Assembly: GCF_000021865.1 (NCBI RefSeq)
Contig: NC_014034.1
Location: 1,170,001 to 1,202,000, forward strand
Length of the DNA: 32,000 nucleotides
DNA from: Rhodobacter capsulatus SB 1003
GTDB lineage: Bacteria; Pseudomonadota; Alphaproteobacteria; Rhodobacterales; Rhodobacteraceae
Direction: 5' to 3'
A model generated the notes under the pieces. That model ran no database searches. It was given only the letters and a program-made list of their open reading frames with translations, and was not told where the DNA came from. How positions within the stretch are numbered: position 1 is the stretch's first letter; each line of letters begins with the position of its first letter. Of this stretch, positions 15,606 through 25,960 are shown in pieces. A program made the translations under genes and the position numbers.

Positions 15606-15630
15606 GGCCGGGCAACCGGCCCTTTTTTTC
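15606..15630 (+). terminator. Rho-independent terminator after hemP
   Basis: GGGCCGG-GCAA-CCGGCCC hairpin (15606-15623) followed by T7 (15624-15630). Confidence 0.8.
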
Positions 15631-15710
15631 TGCCCCGGCGGCACCGTCCCGCCGCAAAACTTGCGGCACGGGCCCGTTTGCGGTATCGGGCGCCAACCCC
15701 GGGAGGCCCC

Positions 15711-17030
15711 ATGTCCGACGCGCCGAAAAAGCTGCACATCAAGACCTATGGCTGTCAGATGAACGTCTATGACAGCGAGCGCATGGCCGAGGCGATGGGC
15801 GTGCAGGGCTATACCCTGACCGATGACCCGGCCGAGGCCGACATGGTGCTGCTCAACACCTGCCACATCCGCGAAAAGGCCGCCGAAAAGGTCTATTCCG
15901 ATCTGGGCCGGCTGCGCCCCTTCAAGGAGGCGAAACCGGGGCTGACGATCGGCGTCGCGGGCTGCGTCGCGCAGGCCGAGGGTGCGGAGATCATGCGCCG
16001 CATGCCGCTGGTCGATCTGGTCGTGGGCAGCCAGAACTACCACCGCCTGCCCGAGATGGTGGCGGCGGTCGGGCGCGGCGAACGCCCGGTGGACACCGAA
16101 TTCCCCGCCGAGGACAAGTTCGAGCGTCTTCCCGAACGCCCGGTGCAGGCGCGGCCCACGGCCTTTCTGACCGTGCAGGAGGGCTGCGACAAGTTCTGCG
16201 CCTTCTGCGTCGTGCCCTATACGCGGGGCGCGGAAATCTCGCGTCCGGTGGCGCGCATCCTGACGGAAGCCGAAAAGCTGGTGGCCAAGGGGGTGCGGGA
16301 AATCACGCTTCTGGGCCAGAACGTCAACGGCTATCACGGCGACGGCCCGGACGGCAGCTGGGGGCTTGGCCGTCTGGTGCGGGCGCTGGCCCGGATCGAC
16401 GGGCTCGACCGCATCCGCTACACCACGAGCCACCCCAACGACATGGCCGAGGATCTGATCGCAGCGCATGGCGACGAACCGAAGCTGATGCCCTATCTGC
16501 ATCTGCCGGTGCAATCGGGCTCGGATCCGATCCTGAAGGCGATGAACCGCAAGCATACCGCCGAGGATTATCTGCGCCTGGTCGAGCGGCTGCGCGCGGC
16601 GCGGCCCGATCTGGTGCTGTCGTCCGATTTCATCGTCGGCTTTCCCGGCGAGACCGAGGCCGATCATCAGGCCAGTCTGGATCTGATCCGCGCCGTGGGC
16701 TTTGGCGCGGCGTTTTCGTTCAAATATTCGCCGCGTCCGGGCACGCCCGCCGCCAGCCGCACCCCGGTCGCGGCCGAGGTGGCGGATGCGCGGCTGCAGG
16801 AGCTGCAGGCGCTGATCACCGCGCAGCAGAAGGCCACGCAGCTCTCGATGGTCGGGCGCAAGGTGGGCGTGCTGTTCGAAAAGCCCGGCCGTCTGCCCGG
16901 GCAATGGGTCGGCAAGTCGGATTACCTGCATGCGGTGCATGTCACGGCCGAGGGCATCGGCCCGGGCACATTGGCGCAGGTGAGAATCACCGCTTCGGCG
17001 CCGAATTCGCTGGCGGGCGAGGTGCTCTGA
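15711..17030 (+). CDS. miaB: tRNA-2-methylthio-N6-dimethylallyladenosine synthase
   Basis: [25 protein letters not shown], radical-SAM motif [16 protein letters not shown] and a TRAM-like C-terminus. GGGAGG lies 4 nt upstream of ATG 15711. Confidence 0.95.
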   Translation: MSDAPKKLHIKTYGCQMNVYDSERMAEAMGVQGYTLTDDPAEADMVLLNTCHIREKAAEKVYSDLGRLRPFKEAKPGLTIGVAGCVAQAEGAEIMRRMPLVDLVVGSQNYHRLPEMVAAVGRGERPVDTEFPAEDKFERLPERPVQARPTAFLTVQEGCDKFCAFCVVPYTRGAEISRPVARILTEAEKLVAKGVREITLLGQNVNGYHGDGPDGSWGLGRLVRALARIDGLDRIRYTTSHPNDMAEDLIAAHGDEPKLMPYLHLPVQSGSDPILKAMNRKHTAEDYLRLVERLRAARPDLVLSSDFIVGFPGETEADHQASLDLIRAVGFGAAFSFKYSPRPGTPAASRTPVAAEVADARLQELQALITAQQKATQLSMVGRKVGVLFEKPGRLPGQWVGKSDYLHAVHVTAEGIGPGTLAQVRITASAPNSLAGEVL

Positions 17031-17249
17031 CCCGCTGGGGCAGTCCGGAAAAGCTTTCCCGATTGCACGGGATTTGCCGCATCTGCCGCGAAACTGCCCC
17101 AATTCGCGCAAATTGCGCCCCGGTTTGTTCCCGCTGGCGCCACAATAACCGGGCGAAAGCCCTTTCCTTGTTTCAAGGTTTTGTTACTGTGGTTCATATT
17201 CGTTAACGCCCCGGCCCGGCCGGGGCGGCCATTCTAGGAGGCGTGGGGG

Positions 17250-17807
17250 ATGACAAGATTGACCCTGGGGGGGGCACCCGTGGTCGCGATCTTTGGTGCG
17301 GCGGCTCTGGCTCTGGCGGCTTCGCTGGGCCCGGTGGCGGCGCAGCAAAAGGCCGAGACCTACATTCCGGCGATCTGGATCGACCCTGACGGCTGCGAAC
17401 ATTGGGCGATGGATGACGGCACCGAAGGCTACATGGACGCGCGCAAGACCCGCGACGGCCGCCCGGTCTGCCATCGCAACGTCTGCGGCGTGCTGCAGAC
17501 CGACACGCTTTTCGCCACCGACAGCACGAAGCTGACCGCCTCGGGGCGCGGATATCTGCAGCAGTTCTTCACCACCGCGCAGGCGCGCAGCTTCATCATC
17601 ACCGGCCATACCGACAGCCGCGCCTCGGATGAATACAACATGCGCCTGTCCAAGGGCCGCGCCGAGGCCGTGGCGGGCGTCGCGCAGCAGGTCGGCGCCC
17701 CGGTGCTGGCGGTGAACTGGTATGGCGAACGGATGCCGAAAGCGACCAACGCCACCGCCGCGGGCATGGCGCAGAACCGCCGCGTCGAAGTGATCTGCGT
17801 GAAGTGA
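17250..17807 (+). CDS. OmpA-family (OmpA_C-like peptidoglycan-binding) secreted protein
   Basis: Signal peptide ...AALALAASLGPVAAQQ. OmpA_C motifs FATDSTKLT, ITGHTDSRASDEYNMRLSKGRAEAV and NRRVEVI. TAGGAGG lies upstream of the ATG. Confidence 0.85.
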   Translation: MTRLTLGGAPVVAIFGAAALALAASLGPVAAQQKAETYIPAIWIDPDGCEHWAMDDGTEGYMDARKTRDGRPVCHRNVCGVLQTDTLFATDSTKLTASGRGYLQQFFTTAQARSFIITGHTDSRASDEYNMRLSKGRAEAVAGVAQQVGAPVLAVNWYGERMPKATNATAAGMAQNRRVEVICVK

Positions 17808-17818
17808 GGGGCACCACC

Positions 17819-18121
17819 ATGAACGGCACGAAATTCCTGCTGCTGGGCGCCGCGGCGCTGGCGCTGGCGGCCTGCGACAACAGCTACGGCCCCGACAAGT
17901 CGATCGACCGCGGCATCAATTCCCACCATCTGAGCACGCTCAAGGCCGGGGTCTGGGTCGATCCCGAGGGCTGCGACCACTGGATCATCGACGATGGCGT
18001 CGAGGGCTACATGTCCGCCCGCGTCGATGATTACGGCAAGCCGATCTGCTCGGGCGCCGCGCCGCCGAACACCGCCGTCGGCCCGTTCAAGCAGGGCTCG
18101 CCGGTTCCCGATTACCTTTGA
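17819..18121 (+). CDS. Small lipoprotein (lipobox LAAC) sharing a Cys-containing module with the upstream OmpA-like protein
   Basis: MNGTKFLLLGAAALALAAC lipobox. GAGGGG lies ~8 nt upstream of ATG 17819. This is an internal start within track ORF 17804..18121. Confidence 0.75.
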   Translation: MNGTKFLLLGAAALALAACDNSYGPDKSIDRGINSHHLSTLKAGVWVDPEGCDHWIIDDGVEGYMSARVDDYGKPICSGAAPPNTAVGPFKQGSPVPDYL

Positions 18122-18157
18122 CCGGGAAACCGGCATCTGCCCAAAAACAAGGCAATC

Positions 18158-18188
18158 CGGCCGCGCAACGCCCTGCGCGGCCGCTTTC
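18158..18188 (+). terminator. Probable intrinsic terminator after the lipoprotein gene
   Basis: 10-bp stem CGGCCGCGCA / TGCGCGGCCG with a 6-nt loop, followed by CTTTC. The U-tract is short. Confidence 0.5.
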
Positions 18189-18298
18189 ATGTCGCACAGA
18201 TGAATTTTTTGCCCCGACGCGGCTTTCGGGCCAACCAGCGCTTGCGTGGGACCCGGGGGGGGTGCACCATATCTTTACCAACCTAACCCAGGGAGACG

Positions 18299-19321
18299 TT
18301 GTTGGGCTTCAGCGCGATCACACCCCCGCCCCGCACTCAGGACGCTTACGAGACGCTTCTCGAGTATCCCGACAACCGGTTGCTGATCGACCTTTGCGGC
18401 GAATTCGACCGCAATCTGGCGCAGATCGAGCACAAGCTCTCGGTGCATATCCTGCGCCGCGGCAATCAGCTGGCGGTGGTGGGCACGGCCGAGGCGCAGG
18501 GGCAGGCGGGCTCGGTGCTCAATGCGCTTTACGCGCGGCTGGAGGCGGGCAAGCCGATCGACGCGGGCGAGATCGACGCGGCGATCCGGATGTCGGATCT
18601 GGGCCATGACGGGGTCTCTGTCGATGAACAGCTGGAGATGTTCGCGGCCGGAAAATACGAAATCCGCACCCGCAAGAAGCAGGTCGAGCCGCGCACGGAT
18701 GCGCAAAAGGCCTATGTGCGGGCGCTGTTCGAGCATGAAATGGCCTTTGGCATCGGGCCTGCGGGCACCGGGAAAACCTATCTGGCCGTCGCCGTCGGCG
18801 TGACGATGCTGATCGGCGGTCTGGTCGACAAGATCATCCTGAGCCGTCCCGCGGTCGAGGCGGGCGAGCGTCTGGGCTTTCTGCCCGGCGACATGAAGGA
18901 CAAGGTCGATCCCTACATGCAGCCGCTTTACGACGCGCTGAACGACTTTCTGCCCGCCAAGCAGATGGCCAAGCTGATGGAGGAAAAACGCATCGAAATC
19001 GCGCCCTTGGCCTTCATGCGCGGGCGCACGCTGTCGAATGCCTTTGTCGTGCTGGATGAAGCGCAGAACGCCACGACGATGCAGATGAAGATGTTCCTGA
19101 CCCGTCTGGGGCAGGGGAGCCGGATGGTGATCACCGGCGACCGCACGCAGATAGACCTGCCGCGCGGCACCGCCTCCGGCCTTGCCGATGCCGAACGCAT
19201 CCTGGGCGGGGTGAAGGGGATCGCCTTCAACTATTTCACCGCCGCCGATGTGGTGCGTCACCCGCTTGTGGCGCGGATCATTGACGCCTATGAACGGTCG
19301 GATGAAGGAACCGCTGGTTGA
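18299..19321 (+). CDS. phoH: PhoH-family ATPase (YbeZ-like)
   Basis: Walker A GIGPAGTGKTYLAVA, RPAVEAGERLGFLPGD, FVVLDEAQN and ITGDRTQIDLP. Start is TTG at 18299 or 18302, after AGGGAGA. Confidence 0.9.
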   Translation: MLGFSAITPPPRTQDAYETLLEYPDNRLLIDLCGEFDRNLAQIEHKLSVHILRRGNQLAVVGTAEAQGQAGSVLNALYARLEAGKPIDAGEIDAAIRMSDLGHDGVSVDEQLEMFAAGKYEIRTRKKQVEPRTDAQKAYVRALFEHEMAFGIGPAGTGKTYLAVAVGVTMLIGGLVDKIILSRPAVEAGERLGFLPGDMKDKVDPYMQPLYDALNDFLPAKQMAKLMEEKRIEIAPLAFMRGRTLSNAFVVLDEAQNATTMQMKMFLTRLGQGSRMVITGDRTQIDLPRGTASGLADAERILGGVKGIAFNYFTAADVVRHPLVARIIDAYERSDEGTAG

Positions 19322-19814
19322 CTGTCTGATCGAGGAAGCGGCCTGGCAGGGGATCGACCTTGCCGGGCTTTCGGAACGCGTGGCCCGGATTGTCCTGACC
19401 GATCAGGAGCTTGACCCGGAGGCCTGGGAAATCAGCCTGATCGGCTGCGACGATGCCCGCATCGCCGATCTGAACGCCGAGTTTCGGGGGAAACCTACGC
19501 CCACCAATGTCCTGTCCTGGCCCGCGCAGGATCTGGCGGCCGAGGACGACGGCGAGGAGCCGTATTTCCCCGAGCCCTTCGTGCCGGGCGAGCGTGATTC
19601 CCTTGGCGACATCGCGATTTCCTATCAGACCTGCCTGCGCGAGGCCGAGGCCGCGGGCAAATCCGTTCACGATCATGTCACACATCTGGTGATACATGGC
19701 GTTTTGCATCTTCTGGGCTATGACCACATCCGCGACGCAGACGCGCAGTTGATGGAAAGCATCGAAGTGCGTATCTTGGCCGCCTTGGGGATCGCCAATC
19801 CCTACGAGATCTAG
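19302..19814 (+). CDS. ybeY: rRNA maturation endoribonuclease YbeY
   Basis: Zinc motif HLVIHGVLHLLGYDH. Overlaps the phoH stop (19319-19321). An alternative start is ATG 19290. Confidence 0.9.
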   Translation: MKEPLVDCLIEEAAWQGIDLAGLSERVARIVLTDQELDPEAWEISLIGCDDARIADLNAEFRGKPTPTNVLSWPAQDLAAEDDGEEPYFPEPFVPGERDSLGDIAISYQTCLREAEAAGKSVHDHVTHLVIHGVLHLLGYDHIRDADAQLMESIEVRILAALGIANPYEI

Positions 19815-19842
19815 CCCCGCGGGGCACAGTTGGAAAGGAACG

Positions 19843-20748
19843 ATGGGACAAGTCGCAGACGGAAGCAATTCCGCCGCCGCCGCGCCCGCTTCGGAAGCCG
19901 AAGCCGGCGAGAGTAGCAACGAACCTCAGCCTAGAGGCTTTTTCGGGCGCATATTGGGTGCGCTTGGCGCCTCTCCGGGCGAGGCCGGTCCCGCCGAGGC
20001 GCAATCCGCCGCCACCGCGGCCGCCCCTCTGGGCCTGCCGGGGCTGGGCAACCTGCGCAAGATGCGGGTGGGCGATGTCGCCGTGCCAAAGGCCGAGATC
20101 GTCGCCGTTCCGGTCACCACCCCCCGCGACGAGCTGGTCGAGGTCTTTCGCACCCAGGGCTATTCGCGCCTGCCGGTGTTCAAGGACACGCTCGACAGTC
20201 CGATGGGGCTGGTACACCTGAAGGATCTGGCGCTGGCGCATGGCTTTGGCGGCGCCCCGGGCCGGTTCTCGCTGCGCAAGCTGTTGCGCCCGCTGCTGTA
20301 TGTGCCGCCCTCGATGCCGATCGGTGTTTTGCTGCAAAAGATGCAGCTGCAGCGCATCCACATGGCGCTGGTGATCGACGAATATGGCGGGGTGGACGGT
20401 CTTGTCACGCTGGAAGACCTGATCGAACAGGTGATCGGCGAGATCGAGGACGAACATGACGAGGAAGAAGACGGCCTGTGGAAGCTGGAAAAGCCCGGGC
20501 AATGGCTGGTGCAGGCCCGCACGCCGTTGACCGATTTCGAGGCCGAGATCGGGATGAAACTGGCCGATGCCGAAGAGGGCGCCGAGATCGACACCCTGGG
20601 CGGGCTTGTCTTCATGCAGATCGACCGCGTGCCGACCCGGGGCGAGGTGATCGTGGCGGAAAACGGCGTCGAATTCGAGGTGGTGGACGCCGATCCGCGC
20701 CGGGTCAAGCGGCTGCGGGTGCGGCTGCCGGGCGTCGCCGCCGAATAG
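19843..20748 (+). CDS. HlyC/CorC-family protein (CBS pair + CorC_HlyC domain)
   Basis: CBS-pair region followed by IDEYGGVDGLVTLEDLIEQVIGEIEDEHD. AAAGGAA SD upstream of ATG 19843. Sits in the conserved phoH-ybeY-corC-lnt context. Confidence 0.9.
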   Translation: MGQVADGSNSAAAAPASEAEAGESSNEPQPRGFFGRILGALGASPGEAGPAEAQSAATAAAPLGLPGLGNLRKMRVGDVAVPKAEIVAVPVTTPRDELVEVFRTQGYSRLPVFKDTLDSPMGLVHLKDLALAHGFGGAPGRFSLRKLLRPLLYVPPSMPIGVLLQKMQLQRIHMALVIDEYGGVDGLVTLEDLIEQVIGEIEDEHDEEEDGLWKLEKPGQWLVQARTPLTDFEAEIGMKLADAEEGAEIDTLGGLVFMQIDRVPTRGEVIVAENGVEFEVVDADPRRVKRLRVRLPGVAAE

Positions 20749-20769
20749 AACAAGCAGAACGGAACTTCC

Positions 20770-22305
20770 ATGCGCGTGCCCCCGCTTTACAATCCCGCGG
20801 TCAAGATCCTTGTCTGGGGGCTGGCCGCGCTTCTGGGGGCGGGGGTGGCGCTGGGACAGGCGCCCTTTGGCCTGTGGGGCGTGGCGCTGGTCGCGCTCTC
20901 GCTTCTGATCGCGATGGGGCAGGCGACCTCTCCCTTTCGGGTCGGGCTGGCGGCGGGCACCGGCTATGCGGCGCTGGCGATGTTCTGGATCGTCGAGCCC
21001 TTCTTCGTCGAGCCCGAGATCTATGGCTGGATGGCGCCTTTCGCGCTTGTTTTCATGGCCTTGGGCATGGGGCTCTTCTGGGCCCTGGGCATGAGCCTTG
21101 GCGCGCGGCTGGGGGGCGCTTCGGTCTCGCGTTCGGCGGGGGTGGCGGTCGGGCTTTTCGGCGCCGATCTGGTGCGCAGCTACATCTTCACCGGGCTGCC
21201 CTGGGTGCTGTTCGGCCATATCTGGATCGACACGCCGCTGGCGCAGGGCGCGGCCCTTGTCGGCGCGATGGGGCTTGGCGCGCTGACGCTGGCGCTGGCG
21301 GTGCTGCCCTGGCTGATGCCCCGGGCGAACTGGCGACTGCCTGCGGCGGGCGTTTCGGCGGCGGTGATCGCGGCGCTTTGGGGCGCGGGCAGCTGGCAGC
21401 TGGCGCAGCCGGTGCCGCCGCGGGCCGCGCCGGTCAATCTGCGCATCGTGCAGCCGAATGCGCCGCAGGATCTGAAATGGCGCCCGGACTATGCCGAGGA
21501 ATTCTTCTTTCGCCATCTGGATCTGACCGCGCAGCCGCCCGCACCCGGCAAGCCTGCGCCCGATCTGATTCTCTGGCCCGAAACCGCGGTGCCCTTTCTG
21601 CTCGATCGTGCGGGCGACGGTCTGACGATGATCGCCGAGGCGGCCCGCGGCGTGCCGGTTGCCGTGGGCATCCAGCGCGAGGAAGGCCTGCGCTATTTCA
21701 ACAGCCTGGCGATGATCGGGGCGGGCGGCAAGATCGGCCCGGTCTATGACAAGGTGCATCTGGTGCCCTTTGGCGAATACATCCCCTTTGGCGATGAGCT
21801 GGCCCGGTTCGGGATCAGCGCCTTTGCCGCGCGCGAGGGCAACGGCTATTCCGCGGGGGTGACGCGCAAGCTGCTCGATCTGGGGCGGCTTGGCCTTGTG
21901 CAGCCGCTGATCTGCTACGAGGCGGTCTTTCCGCAGGACATGCACGCGGGTCGCCGCCCCGACTGGCTGTTGCAGATCACCAACGACGCCTGGTTCGGCG
22001 AGATGTCGGGCCCGGTGCAGCATCTGGTGCAGGCGCGGTTTCGGGCGATCGAATTCGGCCTGCCCTTGGCGCGGTCCGCCAATACCGGGATCTCGGCGCT
22101 GATCGATGCGCGCGGGCAGGTGGTGGAAAGCCTCGGCATGGGGCAACAGGGGGTGATCGACGCGGCCTTGCCCGGGTCCTTGCCCGCGCCGCCCTATGCG
22201 CGCTGGGGCGATCTGCCCTGGCTTGCAGGTCTTATCGCCGCAGTTGCCCTGGTTTGGGGGCTTGGGCGCAAATCGCGCGTTGACCGGCGCAGAATCGGGG
22301 GCTAG
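20770..22305 (+). CDS. lnt: Apolipoprotein N-acyltransferase
   Basis: Multi-pass N-terminus followed by a nitrilase-fold domain with LILWPETAVP, LICYEAVFP and NDAWFG. Confidence 0.9.
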   Translation: MRVPPLYNPAVKILVWGLAALLGAGVALGQAPFGLWGVALVALSLLIAMGQATSPFRVGLAAGTGYAALAMFWIVEPFFVEPEIYGWMAPFALVFMALGMGLFWALGMSLGARLGGASVSRSAGVAVGLFGADLVRSYIFTGLPWVLFGHIWIDTPLAQGAALVGAMGLGALTLALAVLPWLMPRANWRLPAAGVSAAVIAALWGAGSWQLAQPVPPRAAPVNLRIVQPNAPQDLKWRPDYAEEFFFRHLDLTAQPPAPGKPAPDLILWPETAVPFLLDRAGDGLTMIAEAARGVPVAVGIQREEGLRYFNSLAMIGAGGKIGPVYDKVHLVPFGEYIPFGDELARFGISAFAAREGNGYSAGVTRKLLDLGRLGLVQPLICYEAVFPQDMHAGRRPDWLLQITNDAWFGEMSGPVQHLVQARFRAIEFGLPLARSANTGISALIDARGQVVESLGMGQQGVIDAALPGSLPAPPYARWGDLPWLAGLIAAVALVWGLGRKSRVDRRRIGG

Positions 22306-22311
22306 CGTCCC

Positions 22312-22362
22312 TTCACCACTCCAACGGCTTCCTGGCGGGGTGGGAACACATCAATGGAGCAC
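22312..22362 (+). promoter_or_regulatory. Probable SAM/SAH-type riboswitch in the metK leader
   Basis: The leader UUCACCACUCCAACGGCUUCCUGGCGGGGUGGGAACACAUCAAUGGAGCA lies immediately 5' of metK. The CAACGGCUUCCUG core and the 3' GGAGCA (the SD, 22356-22361), which can pair back to CUCC/GCUUCC, fit my recollection of the Rhodobacterales-restricted SAM/SAH motif. Not verified with a covariance model. Confidence 0.6.
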
Positions 22363-22368
22363 TTCCCC

Positions 22369-23535
22369 ATGTCACGTTCTAATTATGTCTTCACTTCCGA
22401 GTCCGTCTCGGAGGGTCACCCCGACAAGGTCTGCGACCGCATCTCCGATGCCGTTCTGGATGCCTTCCTTGCCGAAGAGCCGAATGCCCGCGTCGCCTGC
22501 GAGACCTTCGCCACCACCAATCAGGTGGTTGTCGGTGGGGAAGTGGGTCTGTCGGACAAGGCGAAACTGGCCGAGTTCATGGGCCGCATCGACGGGATCG
22601 TGCGCGATTGCGTCAAGGATATCGGCTATGAACAGGACGCCTTCCACTGGGCGACGCTGAACTTCGCCAATTACCTGCACCCGCAATCGGCGCATATTTC
22701 GCAAGGCGTCGACAAGGACGGGGCGGGCGATCAGGGCATCATGTTCGGCTATGCGACCGACGAGACGCCGGAACTGATGCCCGCGCCGATCCAGTATGCC
22801 CATGCGATCCTGCGCCGTCTGGCCGAGGTGCGCAAATCGGGCGCCGAGCCGACGCTGGGCCCGGATGCGAAATCGCAGCTGTCGGTGCGCTACGAGGACG
22901 GCAAGCCGGTCGGCGTGACCTCGATCGTGCTCTCGACGCAGCACAAATACGAATCCCAGACCTCGGATGACATCCGGGCCATCGTGGAGCCGCATATCCG
23001 CGCGGTTCTGCCCGCGGGCTGGATCGACGAGAAGACCGAATGGTGGGTGAACCCGACCGGGACCTTTGTCATCGGCGGGCCCGATGGCGACGCCGGTCTG
23101 ACCGGCCGCAAGATCATCGTCGACACCTATGGCGGGGCTGCGCCGCATGGCGGCGGGGCCTTCTCGGGCAAGGACCCGACCAAGGTGGACCGCTCGGCCG
23201 CTTATGCCGCGCGCTATCTGGCGAAGAACGTGGTGGCCGCGGGTCTGGCGAAGCGCTGCCTGATTCAGGTGTCCTATGCGATCGGCGTGGCGAAACCGCT
23301 CTCGATCTATGCCGACACCTATGGCACGGGCGAGCTGCCGGATGCGGAAATCGAACGTATCGTGGCGGAATGCATGGATCTGACCCCGCGCGGCATCCGC
23401 ACGCAGCTGGATCTGAACCGCCCGATCTATGCGCGCACCTCGGCCTATGGCCACTTCGGCCGCGCGCCGGAAGCCGATGGCGGCTTCAGCTGGGAGCGCA
23501 CCGATCTGGTCGAGGCGCTGAAGAAAGCGGTCTGA
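22369..23535 (+). CDS. metK: S-adenosylmethionine synthetase
   Basis: [36 protein letters not shown] and [19 protein letters not shown]. Start at ATG 22369, with GGAG 9 nt upstream. Confidence 0.97.
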   Translation: MSRSNYVFTSESVSEGHPDKVCDRISDAVLDAFLAEEPNARVACETFATTNQVVVGGEVGLSDKAKLAEFMGRIDGIVRDCVKDIGYEQDAFHWATLNFANYLHPQSAHISQGVDKDGAGDQGIMFGYATDETPELMPAPIQYAHAILRRLAEVRKSGAEPTLGPDAKSQLSVRYEDGKPVGVTSIVLSTQHKYESQTSDDIRAIVEPHIRAVLPAGWIDEKTEWWVNPTGTFVIGGPDGDAGLTGRKIIVDTYGGAAPHGGGAFSGKDPTKVDRSAAYAARYLAKNVVAAGLAKRCLIQVSYAIGVAKPLSIYADTYGTGELPDAEIERIVAECMDLTPRGIRTQLDLNRPIYARTSAYGHFGRAPEADGGFSWERTDLVEALKKAV

Positions 23536-23558
23536 GCCGGTTTCAAAAGATCACGGGG

Positions 23559-23581
23559 AAGGGGGCTTCGGCCCCCTTTTT
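23559..23581 (+). terminator. Rho-independent terminator after metK
   Basis: AAGGGGGC-TTCG-GCCCCCTT hairpin followed by a T-run (23577-23581). Confidence 0.8.
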
Positions 23582-23652
23582 CATGCGTTGCAGGATATTT
23601 CGCCTCGGGCAAGCCCGAGGCGACCCGCGGGCTCCGCCCCCCGCACCCCCCG

Positions 23653-23673
23653 GCGTATTTTGCCAAGGAAAAG
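23653..23673 (+). repeat. Dispersed intergenic motif, copy 1 (GCGTATTTTGCCAAGGAAAAG), with an inverted partner arm at 23717..23727
   Basis: Matches the GCGTATTT(T)GSSCCAAGAAGAAAC family. TTTTGCCAAGG (23658-23668) is perfectly complementary to CCTTGGCAAAA (23717-23727). Confidence 0.7.
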
Positions 23674-23785
23674 CGCAAGACCGGGAAGGGTCGCGGTCAG
23701 AGCCCCCGGCGGGTCGCCTTGGCAAAAGCATCGCAGCCCATCCCCCCTTGACCGGGAGCCCCTTTGCGCCCTAAGGCGCAGCCCC

Positions 23786-24511
23786 ATGACCGAGAGCCCC
23801 GAAACGCCCGACACCGCCCCGCCCGCCCCGCAACCGGAGTGGCGCAATTTCTATGGCCGCCGCTCGGGCAAGACGATGCGGGCCTCGCAAAAGACCTATA
23901 TCAGCGAGGATCTGGCCTCGCTCACCCCCGGCGGCATCTCGAAAGAGGACAACCCGGGCCGCGAGACTCTCGACCCCGGCACGATCTTCGGCAAGGACGC
24001 GGCCCTGTGGCTGGAGGTCGGCTTCGGCGGCGGCGAGCATATGGTGCATATGGCGGCCCGCAATCCGGGGGTGAACATCCTCGGCTGCGAGCCCTTCATC
24101 AACGGTGTCGCGATGTTGCTCGGCAAGATCCGCACCGCGGGGGTGACCAACGTCGCGATCTGGCCGGGCGACGTGCGCGACGTGATGGAGGTGCTGCCCG
24201 AGGGCTGCATCGCCAAGGCTTTCCTGAATTACCCCGACCCCTGGCACAAGCGCCGCCACCATCGCCGTCGCTTCGTCACGCCGGGCTATCTGGGCGCGCT
24301 GTTCCGCATCCTTGCCCCGGGCGCCGAATTCCGCGTCGCCACCGATATCCCGAATTACATGGAGCAGGCGCTGATCGAGGCGCCGAAGGCCGGGTTTGAC
24401 CTTGTCGCCCATTCCGGCACGCCCTGGGACGACTGGCTTTCGACCCGGTATGAGCAAAAGGCGCTGCGCGAAGGCCGGGTGCCCGATTACGCCACCTTCC
24501 GCAAGCCGTAA
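23786..24511 (+). CDS. trmB: tRNA (guanine46-N7)-methyltransferase
   Basis: The start is placed at MTESPETP... within track ORF 23588..24511. Motifs [10 protein letters not shown] and [15 protein letters not shown]. Confidence 0.9.
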   Translation: MTESPETPDTAPPAPQPEWRNFYGRRSGKTMRASQKTYISEDLASLTPGGISKEDNPGRETLDPGTIFGKDAALWLEVGFGGGEHMVHMAARNPGVNILGCEPFINGVAMLLGKIRTAGVTNVAIWPGDVRDVMEVLPEGCIAKAFLNYPDPWHKRRHHRRRFVTPGYLGALFRILAPGAEFRVATDIPNYMEQALIEAPKAGFDLVAHSGTPWDDWLSTRYEQKALREGRVPDYATFRKP

Positions 24512-24522
24512 GCCGGGCAAGG

Positions 24523-24545
24523 GCGTATTTGCGCCAAGAAGAAAC
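24523..24545 (+). repeat. Dispersed intergenic motif, copy 2 (GCGTATTTGCGCCAAGAAGAAAC)
   Basis: Lies in the trmB-aroA spacer, in the same orientation as copies 1, 3 and 4. Confidence 0.7.
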
Positions 24546-24606
24546 GCAGGGCTTTTCGGTCGGGGCGCGGTGCGCTAACAGGGCCCTGACATTCAGGGAG
24601 GCTTTC

Positions 24607-25950
24607 ATGTCCGCTCACGGTTCCCCCATCCGCATGACGTCGCGCAAGGGCGGCCCGCTTTCGGGCGTGGCCGCGGTGCCGGGCGACAAGTCGATCTCGC
24701 ATCGGGCGCTGATCCTTGGGGCGCTGTCGGTGGGCACGACGCGGATCACCGGGCTGCTTGAAGGCCAGGACGTGCTGGATACCGCCAGGGCGATGCAGGC
24801 CTTTGGCGCCACCGTCACCCGCACCGGCCCGGGCGCCTGGACGGTCGAGGGGGTGGGGGTCGGCGGTTTTGCCGAACCGGCCGAGGTGATCGATTGCGGC
24901 AATTCGGGCACCGGCGTGCGGCTGATCATGGGCTGCATGGCGACCAGCCCGATCAGTGCGACCTTCACCGGCGATGCCTCGCTTCGCAAGCGGCCGATGG
25001 GGCGGGTGACCGATCCGCTGGCGCTCTTCGGGGCGCGGTCCTACGGGCGCGCGGGCGGGCGGCTGCCGATGACGCTGGTGGGCGCGGCCGAGCCGGTGCC
25101 GGTGACCTACACCACGCCGATGGCCTCGGCGCAGGTGAAATCGGCGGTGCTGCTGGCGGGGCTGAATGCGCCGGGGCAGACCGTGGTGATCGAAAAGACG
25201 CCGACCCGCGATCACACCGAGCGGATGCTGCGCGGCTTTGGCGCCGAAGTCACGGTCGAGGCCACGCCCGAGGGCAACCGGATCACCCTCACGGGCCAAC
25301 CGGAGTTGCGCGCGCAAGAGGTGGCGGTGCCGCGCGATCCCTCTTCGGCGGCTTTCCCGGTCTGCGCGGCGCTGCTGGTGCCGGGCTCGGACATCCTTGT
25401 GCCGGGGGTCAGCCAGAACCCGACCCGCAACGGGCTTTTCCTGACGCTGCGCGAGATGGGGGCCGATATCGAATTTCTCAATGAACGCGAGGAGGGCGGC
25501 GAGCCCGTGGCCGATCTGCGCGTGCGCCATTCGGCCCTGACGGGCATCGCAGTGCCGCCCGAGCGCGCGGCCGCCCAGATCGACGAATATCCGGTGCTGG
25601 CCGCTCTGGCCGCCTGTGCCAGCGGCACCACCGTGATGCGCGGTGTGCACGAGCTGCGGGTGAAGGAAAGCGACCGCATCGCGGCGATGGCGCGCGGGCT
25701 CGAAGCCTGCGGCGTCCGGGTCGAGGAAGACGAAGACACGCTGATCGTGCATGGCCTTGGGCCCGATGGGGTGCCCGGCGGCGCCACCGTCGCCACCCAT
25801 ATCGACCACCGCATCGCGATGAGCTTCCTTGTGCTCGGCCTTGTGTCGCAGCAGCCGATCTCGGTCGATGACGGCTCGCCGATTGCCACCTCCTTCCCGG
25901 TGTTCGAGGATCTGATGCGCCAGTTGGGCGCCAGCATCACCCGGGACTGA
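24607..25950 (+). CDS. aroA: 3-phosphoshikimate 1-carboxyvinyltransferase (EPSP synthase)
   Basis: [27 protein letters not shown] and [15 protein letters not shown] lies 6 nt upstream of ATG 24607. Confidence 0.95.
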   Translation: MSAHGSPIRMTSRKGGPLSGVAAVPGDKSISHRALILGALSVGTTRITGLLEGQDVLDTARAMQAFGATVTRTGPGAWTVEGVGVGGFAEPAEVIDCGNSGTGVRLIMGCMATSPISATFTGDASLRKRPMGRVTDPLALFGARSYGRAGGRLPMTLVGAAEPVPVTYTTPMASAQVKSAVLLAGLNAPGQTVVIEKTPTRDHTERMLRGFGAEVTVEATPEGNRITLTGQPELRAQEVAVPRDPSSAAFPVCAALLVPGSDILVPGVSQNPTRNGLFLTLREMGADIEFLNEREEGGEPVADLRVRHSALTGIAVPPERAAAQIDEYPVLAALAACASGTTVMRGVHELRVKESDRIAAMARGLEACGVRVEEDEDTLIVHGLGPDGVPGGATVATHIDHRIAMSFLVLGLVSQQPISVDDGSPIATSFPVFEDLMRQLGASITRD

Positions 25951-25960
25951 GGTCGAAAGG

